DNA of 64,000 bases from an uncultured delta proteobacterium (GTDB lineage Bacteria; Desulfobacterota; BSN033; UBA1163), in contig CAVPSJ010000007.1 in NCBI GenBank assembly GCA_963708295.1, positions 64,001 to 128,000 of the forward strand. Reading direction: 5' to 3'. The position numbers and the translations under genes are program-made. The notes under the pieces were generated by a model that was given only the letters and a program-made list of their open reading frames with translations, did not search any database and was not told the DNA's origin. Numbering within the stretch: the stretch's first letter is position 1; each line of letters opens with the position of its first letter. Positions 19,762 to 28,255 of this stretch are shown here, piece after piece.

Positions 19762-20656
19762 ACTGAAGTCTCAAAACCGTTTGAATCCGACTATCCGGGT
19801 TAGGGTCCTTAGGCGGGGAATAACGCCCCTGAAGAAAGGCTTCGATCACCCCAGCGGCCGTCTTTCCGTAGGCTTCCATCTCTCTTCTTCCTCTTTCAGG
19901 ACTGGCCGTTGCCGGATCTCCAAAATATCCGTGGGGAGTGACTTCCCTGGCTTCCCTCCCTCCTTTTGTCCAGACCAGAAGATCTTTGAAAACCAGGTTC
20001 GTTGGTTTCAAGTTCTTCAAAACCTCTTCGTTCACCAGCTCCGGCAAGTACTGCCACATGAAGCTGGTTTCATATCCCTCGGCATGGATGTTGAGATAAG
20101 GAGAAGGGGGCCCGGAAGAAAAGAGACTTTCATGGATCAGAAGATGGGGCTCGTTCGCCCTCATCCCTAACCCCTTGAGGAAGAATGAGTCGATGACCAA
20201 GTAAGCCCCGATCCCTGCTTCGCTGTGTGCTCTCCGGATAGCCTTATCCAAGGCTTTCATATGACCGCTGTCCATGTGATGATTAATGAAGAAAATCCGC
20301 TTGAACCCCCAGTTTTTCAGGCTGGCCATCGCATCCGAGAGGACAGAAATCATCGTTTCTTCCCGACACGAAAAGGACCCGCCAAACGCACTGGTGGCCA
20401 CATTCATCCCCCAATAAAAGGGGGGAGCAATCAGGGATTGGACCCCTTTCTTTTCCAGTTCGGATTTCACGCCTCTTGCCTGAAGATAGGAGCCGTAGAT
20501 ATCGACCGCCAGGGGCAAATGTGGCCCATGTTCCTCGATAACGCCGACGGGAAAAAGCACCGGGGTGCCCTTCCCTGCTGCCTTCTCAATCTGGACATAG
20601 GTCATATGAGCCATCGTCTCTTCAAAGATGTTAATCCTTTTCTGCAGCTCACCCAT
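19760..20656 (-). CDS. Creatininase / creatinine amidohydrolase family protein
   Basis: FPVGVIEEHGPHLPLAVD, INHH, IHAEGYETS, GYFGDP..AS.ERG. Confidence 0.85.
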   Translation of the reverse strand: MGELQKRINIFEETMAHMTYVQIEKAAGKGTPVLFPVGVIEEHGPHLPLAVDIYGSYLQARGVKSELEKKGVQSLIAPPFYWGMNVATSAFGGSFSCREETMISVLSDAMASLKNWGFKRIFFINHHMDSGHMKALDKAIRRAHSEAGIGAYLVIDSFFLKGLGMRANEPHLLIHESLFSSGPPSPYLNIHAEGYETSFMWQYLPELVNEEVLKNLKPTNLVFKDLLVWTKGGREAREVTPHGYFGDPATASPERGRREMEAYGKTAAGVIEAFLQGRYSPPKDPNPDSRIQTVLRLQ

Positions 20657-20719
20657 CAAAAATCTCCTTCCCTCAGTGCTCCTATCAAGGGTCTCACCAT
20701 TGAATAGGCATGAATCAGA

Positions 20720-20815
20720 AAATCTCCCCCCTGCCTTCGTGCCGCAAAGCGGGGCTTCGCCCAGGCAGGTCGCCCCTCTTTGCCCTTTGGCAAAGGGAGG
20801 TTGGGAAGGATTCTG
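20720..20815. repeat. Composite palindrome: C-rich/G-rich element with a nested CCTGCC...GGCAGG unit
   Basis: aatctccccc-cctgccttcgtgccgcaaagcggggcttcgcccaggcagg-tcgcccctctttgccctttggcaaagggagg. Confidence 0.55.
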
Positions 20816-20913
20816 CAAGTCATTTCGTTATTCTGAGGCTGTTGATATCATTTCTCGGTGGCTACTACTTCGTACCTGAAACCAGGGTCCACTGTCTTTC
20901 CGCGCAGGTCAAT

Positions 20914-21804
20914 CTATTCTGTACCTGGATTCCCCCTGCTGCGGCTGGATATGTCAGATCCTTGCCGCCTACAGAAAGCATCCGCAAATAGAGCTGCGCC
21001 TAAAGCTACGGCCAATGCAGGATCCCATCCAGGCTTAGGAGCCAATCTGGGTACCTCCAGGATACCTTCCAGCCGATCTGTTATCCCCGGATTCTTGGCC
21101 AGTCCTCCAATAATGACGAAATCCTTTTTGACACCCGATCTCGCTACTAATGTGCTGATTCTCTTAGCCATAGCATAGTGGTAACCTGCGATGACTTCTT
21201 CGAGCGGCACTTTGCTCCGGATTAAATCAAGAGCTTCGGATTGAGCATAGACCGTGCAAAAGTCGCTTAACTTTGGGAATTGATCCGATTGAAGTCCGAT
21301 GCCCCCGATCTCCGTTACCTCTTTATTAACGAGATCAGCAAATGCTTCCATCGAGCGTCCAATACCCGCAGCACATTTGTCATTCCAAAGGAAAGCGGTT
21401 GCCCTGCCTTTATCGGTGCAGTGAATGACTTTGCAACTCTGCCCTCCAGCGTCTAGTACCGTACGCACCGATGGGCCCCAAATATGTACAGCCCCTGCAG
21501 CGCCACACGCAATTTCAGATAGGGTTTTACGCGCAAACGGAACCTGTGTCCTCCCACGACCGGTTCCCACGACGTACTGAATACTTTCTAACGTTAAATG
21601 GGTCTTAGCTAAAGCCGCGTTTATCGCCTTGAACGCAGATTCTTTGGGCGTTCGGGTGACAACGTGAGAAACGGCATAGGGTTGCCGATCCAGTAATATC
21701 ATCGCCTTGGAACTCACCGCTCCCACATCGACTCCCGCTACGACCACCTTCGCCCTTGTCCAATCGAGCTGTTCGTTCATCGAAGCGCATTCATGTTCGC
21801 TCAT
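20914..21804 (-). CDS. ATP-dependent CoA-substrate activase (BzdQ/BcrA/HgdC-like)
   Basis: AGVDVGAVSSK, GTGRGR, SEIACG, VLDAGGQSCK, NDKCAAGIG, FCTVYAQSE, IGGLAKN. Confidence 0.85.
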   Translation of the reverse strand: MSEHECASMNEQLDWTRAKVVVAGVDVGAVSSKAMILLDRQPYAVSHVVTRTPKESAFKAINAALAKTHLTLESIQYVVGTGRGRTQVPFARKTLSEIACGAAGAVHIWGPSVRTVLDAGGQSCKVIHCTDKGRATAFLWNDKCAAGIGRSMEAFADLVNKEVTEIGGIGLQSDQFPKLSDFCTVYAQSEALDLIRSKVPLEEVIAGYHYAMAKRISTLVARSGVKKDFVIIGGLAKNPGITDRLEGILEVPRLAPKPGWDPALAVALGAALFADAFCRRQGSDISSRSRGNPGTE

Positions 21805-22595
21805 TTTCCACCCTCATAACTCATCACCGCACCGATGGCACCTGCATATTCCGGAAGGTTCAATACGCTTACGTCTTGCTTTAGCAAACCCGGAAGGTGC
21901 TTCATCAGCGCCTTAGATTTGGCTAATCCTCCAGCGACCACGATCTCCTTTTCGAGAAACATCGTTGTGCACATGGCAGCCACGCGTTCAACGATGAATC
22001 TCGAGATAGCATCTGCCACATCTGCCATGTCCACACCCTGGCACATCAGATCAATCGCTTCTGATTCAGCGGACGCGGCGCAGTGAATCGCAACAGAGAC
22101 ATGCTGGGTGGATTGGAGTGCTAATTCAGACAGTTCCTGCTCACTGACCCCGAGAGCTTTGGCCATCGTCGTGTAAAACATGCCCAGACCATCAGCACAT
22201 TTATCATTTTGAATAACGTCGAGGAGATTCCCGTGTTGATCATACCGGATGGCTTTATGTATATTCCCACCGATGTCGATCACCGTCCTTGAATTCTCAT
22301 TAAGGAATAAAGCACCTTTCGCGTCCGCCATGTAATCGGGCACCGTTGTCGTGACGTTGAGCGGCGGTGCCTTCATCCTATCCCTGAAGATTCCAGTAGA
22401 GACGATTCCGGCGAGTTCGCCGCGTGCGACGCCCGCGGTCTCCAAAGCATTTTTGAGTGCGGTTTCAGCCGCAGCGACTACATCAAACCCTGTGGGAGCT
22501 GTGGCATACCCGAGGATTTCTTGTCCCCTCATGAGTACGGCTTTCGTCGTCACATGACCTGCATCGAGTCCAGCCAGAAGTTTTCCCTTATTCAA
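21801..22595 (-). CDS. ATP-dependent CoA-substrate activase (BzdP/BcrD-like)
   Basis: AGLDAGHVTTK, STG, VIDIGG, NDKCADG, HCAASAESE, AGGLAK, AGAIGA. Confidence 0.85.
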   Translation of the reverse strand: MNKGKLLAGLDAGHVTTKAVLMRGQEILGYATAPTGFDVVAAAETALKNALETAGVARGELAGIVSTGIFRDRMKAPPLNVTTTVPDYMADAKGALFLNENSRTVIDIGGNIHKAIRYDQHGNLLDVIQNDKCADGLGMFYTTMAKALGVSEQELSELALQSTQHVSVAIHCAASAESEAIDLMCQGVDMADVADAISRFIVERVAAMCTTMFLEKEIVVAGGLAKSKALMKHLPGLLKQDVSVLNLPEYAGAIGAVMSYEGGK

Positions 22596-23763
22596 GTGGC
22601 ACGACCTCCCGATTTAGTATTTCTAAAAAGGCCTCCAACTGTGTCCCAAATTGAGTGACGGGTAGGGTTGTATCAAGTTCAAAATCAGTCGACGGAATAC
22701 CCAGTTTATCCAGGATAGGCTTCAGTGCCACAATGTCCATCGGTTGAGGGCTGCAAAATCTCTGATAGAGAAATACGACTCCATCCGGCCTGTACTCCTC
22801 GATGAACTGTTGAATGAACCTGAACCTTTTTTTCTCTCCGGTACCAGGAACATTGTCTTTTGCAGGACACGGAATTCTGCTGATGTATCCCTCCGCGATC
22901 GCCTTAAGCTTGTCAGGCCGATCCTCAGGCACCTCAAACCAGAAGTACCGGGTTGCGGTACACGAGTCGACGAAAATCAGGCTTGCCCTGGTGCTGAGAT
23001 GCTCAATTAAATCAAAAATCGCAAGGTCGTCACAAGCCCCTCCCGATACCATCAGCCTGACCCCGGATGGTCCCTTGCCAGGCTGGGCCTCTAATCTCTG
23101 GATAAGCTGCTCGATCAGCGGGTTGCATTCTTGCTTGTCCATCACCTGAGAAGCCAACGTCACGGTCGCGACTTCCGGTCCCGTGATCGGCGGGTGATCG
23201 CGCCGTAGGAACTCCCAAAGCCGTCTCAGGAGCCTTCGGGTGTGATTATAAACTTTAATCGCCTTCTCGAGGTCCTCATCCGTTATAGATTTTTTCACGA
23301 GCCTCTCCAGGAACGGCTTAAACTCTCCGAAAGACTCCACCATGAACGCGGCAGCAGGTTTCGTTTCGATGATATGAGGGTACGGGATGAGGAAGCTTTT
23401 CCCCTGGAATCCTGCAAACCTAATCCAAACATTAAACGCTTCCCCCATATGGATGCAGCTGCTGCTCGTCACGATCAAGTCTAAGAAATCATAGTTGTGC
23501 GCCAACCCTTGGTACGCACAATCATGCGAAAAGGAACAGTAGGTTTCATGCATATAGCTCCGGGTCATGGCTTGTGAAACATGGGAGGTAAGAATTCTCA
23601 CCGGTATCATCCCGGCTGCGTAGAGAATCTCCTCGGGGACATGCGTGCACATATATCCGGCTAACAACTGCCCTCTCTTCTGGAGGGATTTGGCGTATTC
23701 GGGTGGATTCTCAGTGATGACGCGAAAACGTTCGATGATTGCGTCAGAGCTCTTGTGGATCAT
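22588..23763 (-). CDS. 2-hydroxyacyl-CoA dehydratase / class I benzoyl-CoA reductase subunit (BzdN/BcrC-like)
   Basis: GYMCTHVPEEILYAAGMIPVR, YCSF, SSCIH, DSCTATRYF, RFCSP, TQLEAFLE. Confidence 0.8.
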   Translation of the reverse strand: MIHKSSDAIIERFRVITENPPEYAKSLQKRGQLLAGYMCTHVPEEILYAAGMIPVRILTSHVSQAMTRSYMHETYCSFSHDCAYQGLAHNYDFLDLIVTSSSCIHMGEAFNVWIRFAGFQGKSFLIPYPHIIETKPAAAFMVESFGEFKPFLERLVKKSITDEDLEKAIKVYNHTRRLLRRLWEFLRRDHPPITGPEVATVTLASQVMDKQECNPLIEQLIQRLEAQPGKGPSGVRLMVSGGACDDLAIFDLIEHLSTRASLIFVDSCTATRYFWFEVPEDRPDKLKAIAEGYISRIPCPAKDNVPGTGEKKRFRFIQQFIEEYRPDGVVFLYQRFCSPQPMDIVALKPILDKLGIPSTDFELDTTLPVTQFGTQLEAFLEILNREVVPLE

Positions 23764-23779
23764 GGATCATGCACTCCTT

Positions 23780-23899
23780 TCAGAGATTTCTAAAAAAGCC
23801 TAGAAATCTCTGATGACACCGATTCTTAGCCGATTAGAATTGCGTTGAAAATAAAGAAAAATCTGTGTAATCGTTTTCTGAAATCTACGTAATCAGAGA
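23780..23899. repeat. GATTACAC/GTGTAATC-type palindromic element plus a 13-bp hairpin, overlapping the upstream stop codon
   Basis: tcagagatttcta-aaaaagcc-tagaaatctctga; ctgatgacaccgatt...aatctgtgtaatc...aatctacgtaatcag. Confidence 0.55.
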
Positions 23900-25231
23900 G
23901 CGAGAATCAGTTTTTCGGAGCTCTCTTTTCTTATGCGCTTCCATGAGATGCACGAACAATTCTGTTTTCCGTTGGGCACCCGGCAAATCCATTTTTCGGA
24001 CATCTACCTGGTCGCTATCGTATTCGATGGTTGGAATCTCGCTTTTAAAAATACGCTGCATCCCTACGTAGCCGTTCCTAAAGTCGGTTTCACAACTACG
24101 GCTGGGCGCTAACAAAAGCCCGTCCGCTTTGTATTCTGTTACCATTGCCCGAGCCATTGATTCGAGTGCCCAGTAGGACCTCACCCCCTGCCAGGTAGGC
24201 CAACCGAGAACGATTTTAACGAGCTCGGTGACGGTCTTCCTCCGGGTGGACAAATCCAGTTCGTCTACCCACGCAGGGTCAAGGGGATCCCATGACCACT
24301 TCCCATCTACCATTCCTCTAAAATTGCCACACGTGCCGAAAGTATAGACGGACGCTACAATCTCGGCTCCGGCGTCTCTAAGAATTCTTGCCATTTCCGG
24401 ATGGCCATAGGTATGTGCTATCCCAAAGTAGACGATCCTATAGCGTTGATCCGGAACCACACTTTGTCTGGTCTCAACCATGCGTTTCACTTCTTCAAGT
24501 AATGCCTCATATAACTGCACACTCTCATCCGTTGTTCTGTCCACCATGGCTGGTGGGAACAGAGCGATCAGTCGACGCTCATCCAACGGCGCGGGCGCAT
24601 GCCTGTTGAGCGCACATATATTCCCCCATAGAACCAGGACCTTGATTTCGTTTCTCGCTGCCTTCATGAACGACTCGTCCGAAAACTCCCTACCCGTCAC
24701 TCTCTCGAGCCAGCGTATTCCCTCCTCTATCTGGTCGCTCAAATAGTTTACAATTTTGGGATCTTTCTCCGCATTTCCCCCGCCGATCATATCTATTGCG
24801 TACATCGGTATGCCACCCAGACGCCTTGAAACTTCCTGGTACCATTTTGAATGCTGACTGCACAAGTGTGTCGTCCAGATCAAATCCGGCCTGGGATACC
24901 CCTCCTTGATTGTTTTATCCGTAATCGCTATCTTATCGCGCACCACTTCCCCTGTGAACAGTTTGAGGTAACTGCACGAGTGAAACCCTAAGCCTGCGGT
25001 CTCGGCAGCTGAAATATCCTCACGGCTCTCTTGAGGGAACGTCCCAGCCGTTGACGCGGCGTGCGGCTCGCCTCCGATGAGATGGACGTCGTCGCCTAAC
25101 CCTTTCAGAGGAGACAACGGGCTCCAGGTAGAGCCCATCACGCGAAGGCCTTCAGAAGCATACAGATAGTTCCTATAGCAGGCACTCTGGTAATTCTTGA
25201 AGTCGCCCCAAGTTGTTAAGGTATAGGCCAT
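23885..25231 (-). CDS. Class I benzoyl-CoA reductase-like subunit (BzdO/BcrB-like, HGD-D family)
   Basis: GEPHAAS, SCSYLK, PDLIWTTHLCSQHSKWYQ, YLSDQIEEGIRWLERVTGR, PAPLD, RSCE. Confidence 0.75.
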   Translation of the reverse strand: MAYTLTTWGDFKNYQSACYRNYLYASEGLRVMGSTWSPLSPLKGLGDDVHLIGGEPHAASTAGTFPQESREDISAAETAGLGFHSCSYLKLFTGEVVRDKIAITDKTIKEGYPRPDLIWTTHLCSQHSKWYQEVSRRLGGIPMYAIDMIGGGNAEKDPKIVNYLSDQIEEGIRWLERVTGREFSDESFMKAARNEIKVLVLWGNICALNRHAPAPLDERRLIALFPPAMVDRTTDESVQLYEALLEEVKRMVETRQSVVPDQRYRIVYFGIAHTYGHPEMARILRDAGAEIVASVYTFGTCGNFRGMVDGKWSWDPLDPAWVDELDLSTRRKTVTELVKIVLGWPTWQGVRSYWALESMARAMVTEYKADGLLLAPSRSCETDFRNGYVGMQRIFKSEIPTIEYDSDQVDVRKMDLPGAQRKTELFVHLMEAHKKRELRKTDSRSLIT

Positions 25232-25235
25232 CCTC

Positions 25236-27296
25236 CTAAGCCCTCCGAATAGAACAGAGTTGGGACTTCATCTGCGGATAACCCATGATCGGCTCCCGGC
25301 AATGAACATCGGTCAGGAGATTCACGTTCGCATCCCCCGGCCAGCCGTGGGGAATACTCACCACTCCTTCCATCATGTCCTCCGTGACCAGGGCTTTCAC
25401 TCTGATCTGCCCCCGGTTCGATTCCACCACAACAGGATTTCCATCGATCACCCCGAATTGTCTTGCCGTCTTGGGATGAATCTCTGCGAAGGGCTCCGGG
25501 CACTTCTCTTTCAAATCTTGAATATTTCGATGTTGGCCATGGGTATAATAAAGGATTCGAGCTCCGGTGGTAAGAATCAAAGGATACTTCCGGAATAGTT
25601 GAGAGTCGCCCAGGGGACTCTGATCGGGTTCCCGGTAGGTGGGAAGAGGATCAAATCCCCCTTTCTCAAAGGTTTCAGAATAAATCTCTATCTTCTTGGA
25701 TGGGGTAGAAAAGCCCTTTATCTCGTACCCTTCCATCCCGTACTTCTTCTTCATGTAATAAGCTCCAGCGACCTTCTCCTCCTTCAACTCTTTATAACTG
25801 AGGCCCGACGGCTTCAGTTCAAGCTGCACGACTTCTTCGTCGCTCTCCCACGGGAACACCTCCTTCATGCCCATTCTTTCGGCCAGATTCTTCCAGAATC
25901 TAAATTCCGATCGGCTTTCACCCAACGGCTCGATCGCCTTCTTTCTCAGCATCAGATAGGGCATGCCATGACAGACATTATAGCTGTAGGCCAAGCCGTT
26001 CTTTTCAAAATGAGTGCACCCCGGGAGGACGTAATGGGCCAGCTCGGCTGTCTCGGTCATAAACAGATCAAGAACGACCAAGAGATCAAGTCTTTTCATC
26101 GCCTCCTTGAATGCGTTTGAATCAGGCATGCTCACCACCGGATTTCCTCCGGTGACAATAAGTGATTTGATGACCTTGGGAACGCTATCGGGGAAACAGA
26201 CCACCTGCCCATAAGGGCTCTTCCTCCCCCAAATTTCATAAAAGAGCGGGTAGTCTTCGGCGCCTATCGGAGTTCTGTCAGTGGGAATCCCCAAACCCGT
26301 CAGGGAAAGCCTCGGGCTGATCACCCACCCCCCTGGATTGTTGATATTTCCTGTGATGGTCTGAAGGATCGCGAAGGCTCGGCTGTTCTGGGTTCCGTTC
26401 GCCGTCTGGTCCTGAGTATTCGTGCCCTGAAAGATGCTGGCGCCCTTCGCCGTGGCATAGAGCCGGGCAAGTTTTTTAATATCTGCAGCCGGAACGCGGG
26501 TGATTTTCTCTGCCCAATCGGGTGTATAGGGCTCAATATGGGGCACGAGCTTATCAAATCCAACCGTCCATTTGTCCACAAAATCTTTGTCATAAAGGTT
26601 CTCTTTGATGATGACGTGCATCAGAGCGAGGGCCAGGGCACCATCTGTCCCCGGGCGAATGGGTAGAAACATATCCGCATTCTTGGCCAGAGGAATCCTC
26701 TTCGGATCGATGACGACCAGCTTCGATCCCTTCGCCAGGTTCTCCTGGATGGCTAAATGCAGAGGGAAATCGGACTGCTCCGGATTATGGCCCCAGAGGA
26801 CATAGAGGTTCGTATCCATTTCCTCCACCGGATATTTTCCAAAGGTCATCTGCCTGGATCGAATTCGCATCCGGTAACAAATCCCCTCCACGGAGATAAA
26901 ATTCGGACTGCCGAAAGCCCCTTTGAATCGCTGGGCCATTTCCATCATTTCCAAATTCTCCACTCCGATGGAGCCCGAGAAGATGCTGAGCATCTCCGGC
27001 CCGAACTCCTTCTTCAATTTCTGTAATTGATCGGCAATTTCCGTCAGGGCTTCGTCCCAAGAAATCTTCCTCCATCCCCCCTTCGTTTTTTTGAGGGGAT
27101 ATTTCAGGCGATCAGGATGATAAACCATTTCCATGGCCTTTTGCCCCTTTGGACAGAGTTGCCCCTTGCTCAGCGGATGATCCCTGAGCCCCTCCACCTT
27201 TTTGATTTGTCCATCTTCCACCAGGACATTCATCCCGCAGCTGTGGTAACAAATCGTACAATCAGTCGCAATCCATCGGGAGCTTGAATTTTTCAT
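25236..27296 (-). CDS. Cytoplasmic Mo/W-bisPGD oxidoreductase, acetylene-hydratase-like
   Basis: CTICYHSC...CPKG 4Fe-4S motif; GSPNFISVEGIC Cys ligand; PIRPGTDGAL; DLFMTETAELAHYVLP; C-terminal EIHPKTA; no Tat signal. Confidence 0.85.
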   Translation of the reverse strand: MKNSSSRWIATDCTICYHSCGMNVLVEDGQIKKVEGLRDHPLSKGQLCPKGQKAMEMVYHPDRLKYPLKKTKGGWRKISWDEALTEIADQLQKLKKEFGPEMLSIFSGSIGVENLEMMEMAQRFKGAFGSPNFISVEGICYRMRIRSRQMTFGKYPVEEMDTNLYVLWGHNPEQSDFPLHLAIQENLAKGSKLVVIDPKRIPLAKNADMFLPIRPGTDGALALALMHVIIKENLYDKDFVDKWTVGFDKLVPHIEPYTPDWAEKITRVPAADIKKLARLYATAKGASIFQGTNTQDQTANGTQNSRAFAILQTITGNINNPGGWVISPRLSLTGLGIPTDRTPIGAEDYPLFYEIWGRKSPYGQVVCFPDSVPKVIKSLIVTGGNPVVSMPDSNAFKEAMKRLDLLVVLDLFMTETAELAHYVLPGCTHFEKNGLAYSYNVCHGMPYLMLRKKAIEPLGESRSEFRFWKNLAERMGMKEVFPWESDEEVVQLELKPSGLSYKELKEEKVAGAYYMKKKYGMEGYEIKGFSTPSKKIEIYSETFEKGGFDPLPTYREPDQSPLGDSQLFRKYPLILTTGARILYYTHGQHRNIQDLKEKCPEPFAEIHPKTARQFGVIDGNPVVVESNRGQIRVKALVTEDMMEGVVSIPHGWPGDANVNLLTDVHCREPIMGYPQMKSQLCSIRRA

Positions 27297-27319
27297 TTCT
27301 CATCCTCCTCGGATATCTC

Positions 27320-27922
27320 CTAGACTCTCTGTGCCTTTCTTGAGGACTCTATTCCATCCATGACCAGTCTGCAAATGTCTTCATAAGAATCCATCAAATC
27401 ATATTTTTCCCCTTTAAGCAGCCACCGGGTAACCACATGTTCTAAGATCCCTAACATCAACTGTCGGATGACGTAAGGGTTCGCATCCTTCCGAAGGACA
27501 TCTTCCTCCTGCCCCTCTTTGATAATTTCCAAAATTTCGCTGGTAGATCCTCTTAAGAAACTGTATGTTTTGGTCTTAACGAAAGTTCTACTCACCCTCA
27601 TCTCAAGCATCAGAATCCTTCCGTATTCCGGGTTCATCTTGAAAAAGTAAAGGTAGTACCAGATGAACTTTCTAATCTTGTTGAAGGGTCCGACCATCCC
27701 TTGGAGGTGCAATTCAAGCTCGGCGCAAAACTCTTTTGTCTTCTCGATAGGGATCGAGAAAAACAAATCTTCTTTATTCCTGAAATATTGGTAAATGGTC
27801 CCTTCCGCAACATTTGCCCTTCGAGCGATTTCAGAGATATTCGAATTTCGGAAGCTCTTTTTCCCGAAGACCTCGATGGCCGCCTGAATAATGGTTTGTC
27901 TTTTCGCAATTTTTTTCGACAT
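27320..27922 (-). CDS. TetR/AcrR family regulator (FadR/YsiA-like)
   Basis: IIQAAIEVFG..EIARRANVAEGTIYQYFRNKEDL. Confidence 0.9.
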   Translation of the reverse strand: MSKKIAKRQTIIQAAIEVFGKKSFRNSNISEIARRANVAEGTIYQYFRNKEDLFFSIPIEKTKEFCAELELHLQGMVGPFNKIRKFIWYYLYFFKMNPEYGRILMLEMRVSRTFVKTKTYSFLRGSTSEILEIIKEGQEEDVLRKDANPYVIRQLMLGILEHVVTRWLLKGEKYDLMDSYEDICRLVMDGIESSRKAQRV

Positions 27923-27939
27923 AGGAAAAAAGAAAAAAT

Positions 27940-28030
27940 TGAATATTGTTCATTTTTACCACATTACAATTAATCTGTCAAACATTTTAATCTAAAAAAT
28001 ACAATTAGTTATAAAATTGAATTGTATTCA
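27940..28030. promoter_or_regulatory. Two TGAAT-N3-RTTCA dyads, candidate TetR operators, around the minus-strand promoter
   Basis: TGAATATTGTTCA 27940-27952 and TGAATTGTATTCA 28018-28030; minus-strand TTGACA (27976-27981) N17 TAAAAA between them. Confidence 0.55.
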
Positions 28031-28255
28031 TAAATTATCAAAATTTCCTCCTGCTTCTTGTCCATTGTCTGTCAGTAATTCGGAAGGTTCGTTTCATGAA
28101 TGCTTTGCCAGAGACTCATTGGAGGCCTGCTTGGGAATATTGAGACAAAAATGTGAAAAAAAATGCTTGACAATGTCCTCTTCTACAAATAATAATGACT
28201 CCAATTTCCTAAATATCCTGCCTGTTCACATTTAACATTTTGCGGAGGTGAGAAA

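Noticed and set aside
19535-20170. 211-aa plus-strand ORF containing KSEARNPNFET...FGHLDFGFVSD
   Set aside because: It is a translation of the heptamer repeat element plus antisense to the creatininase gene.
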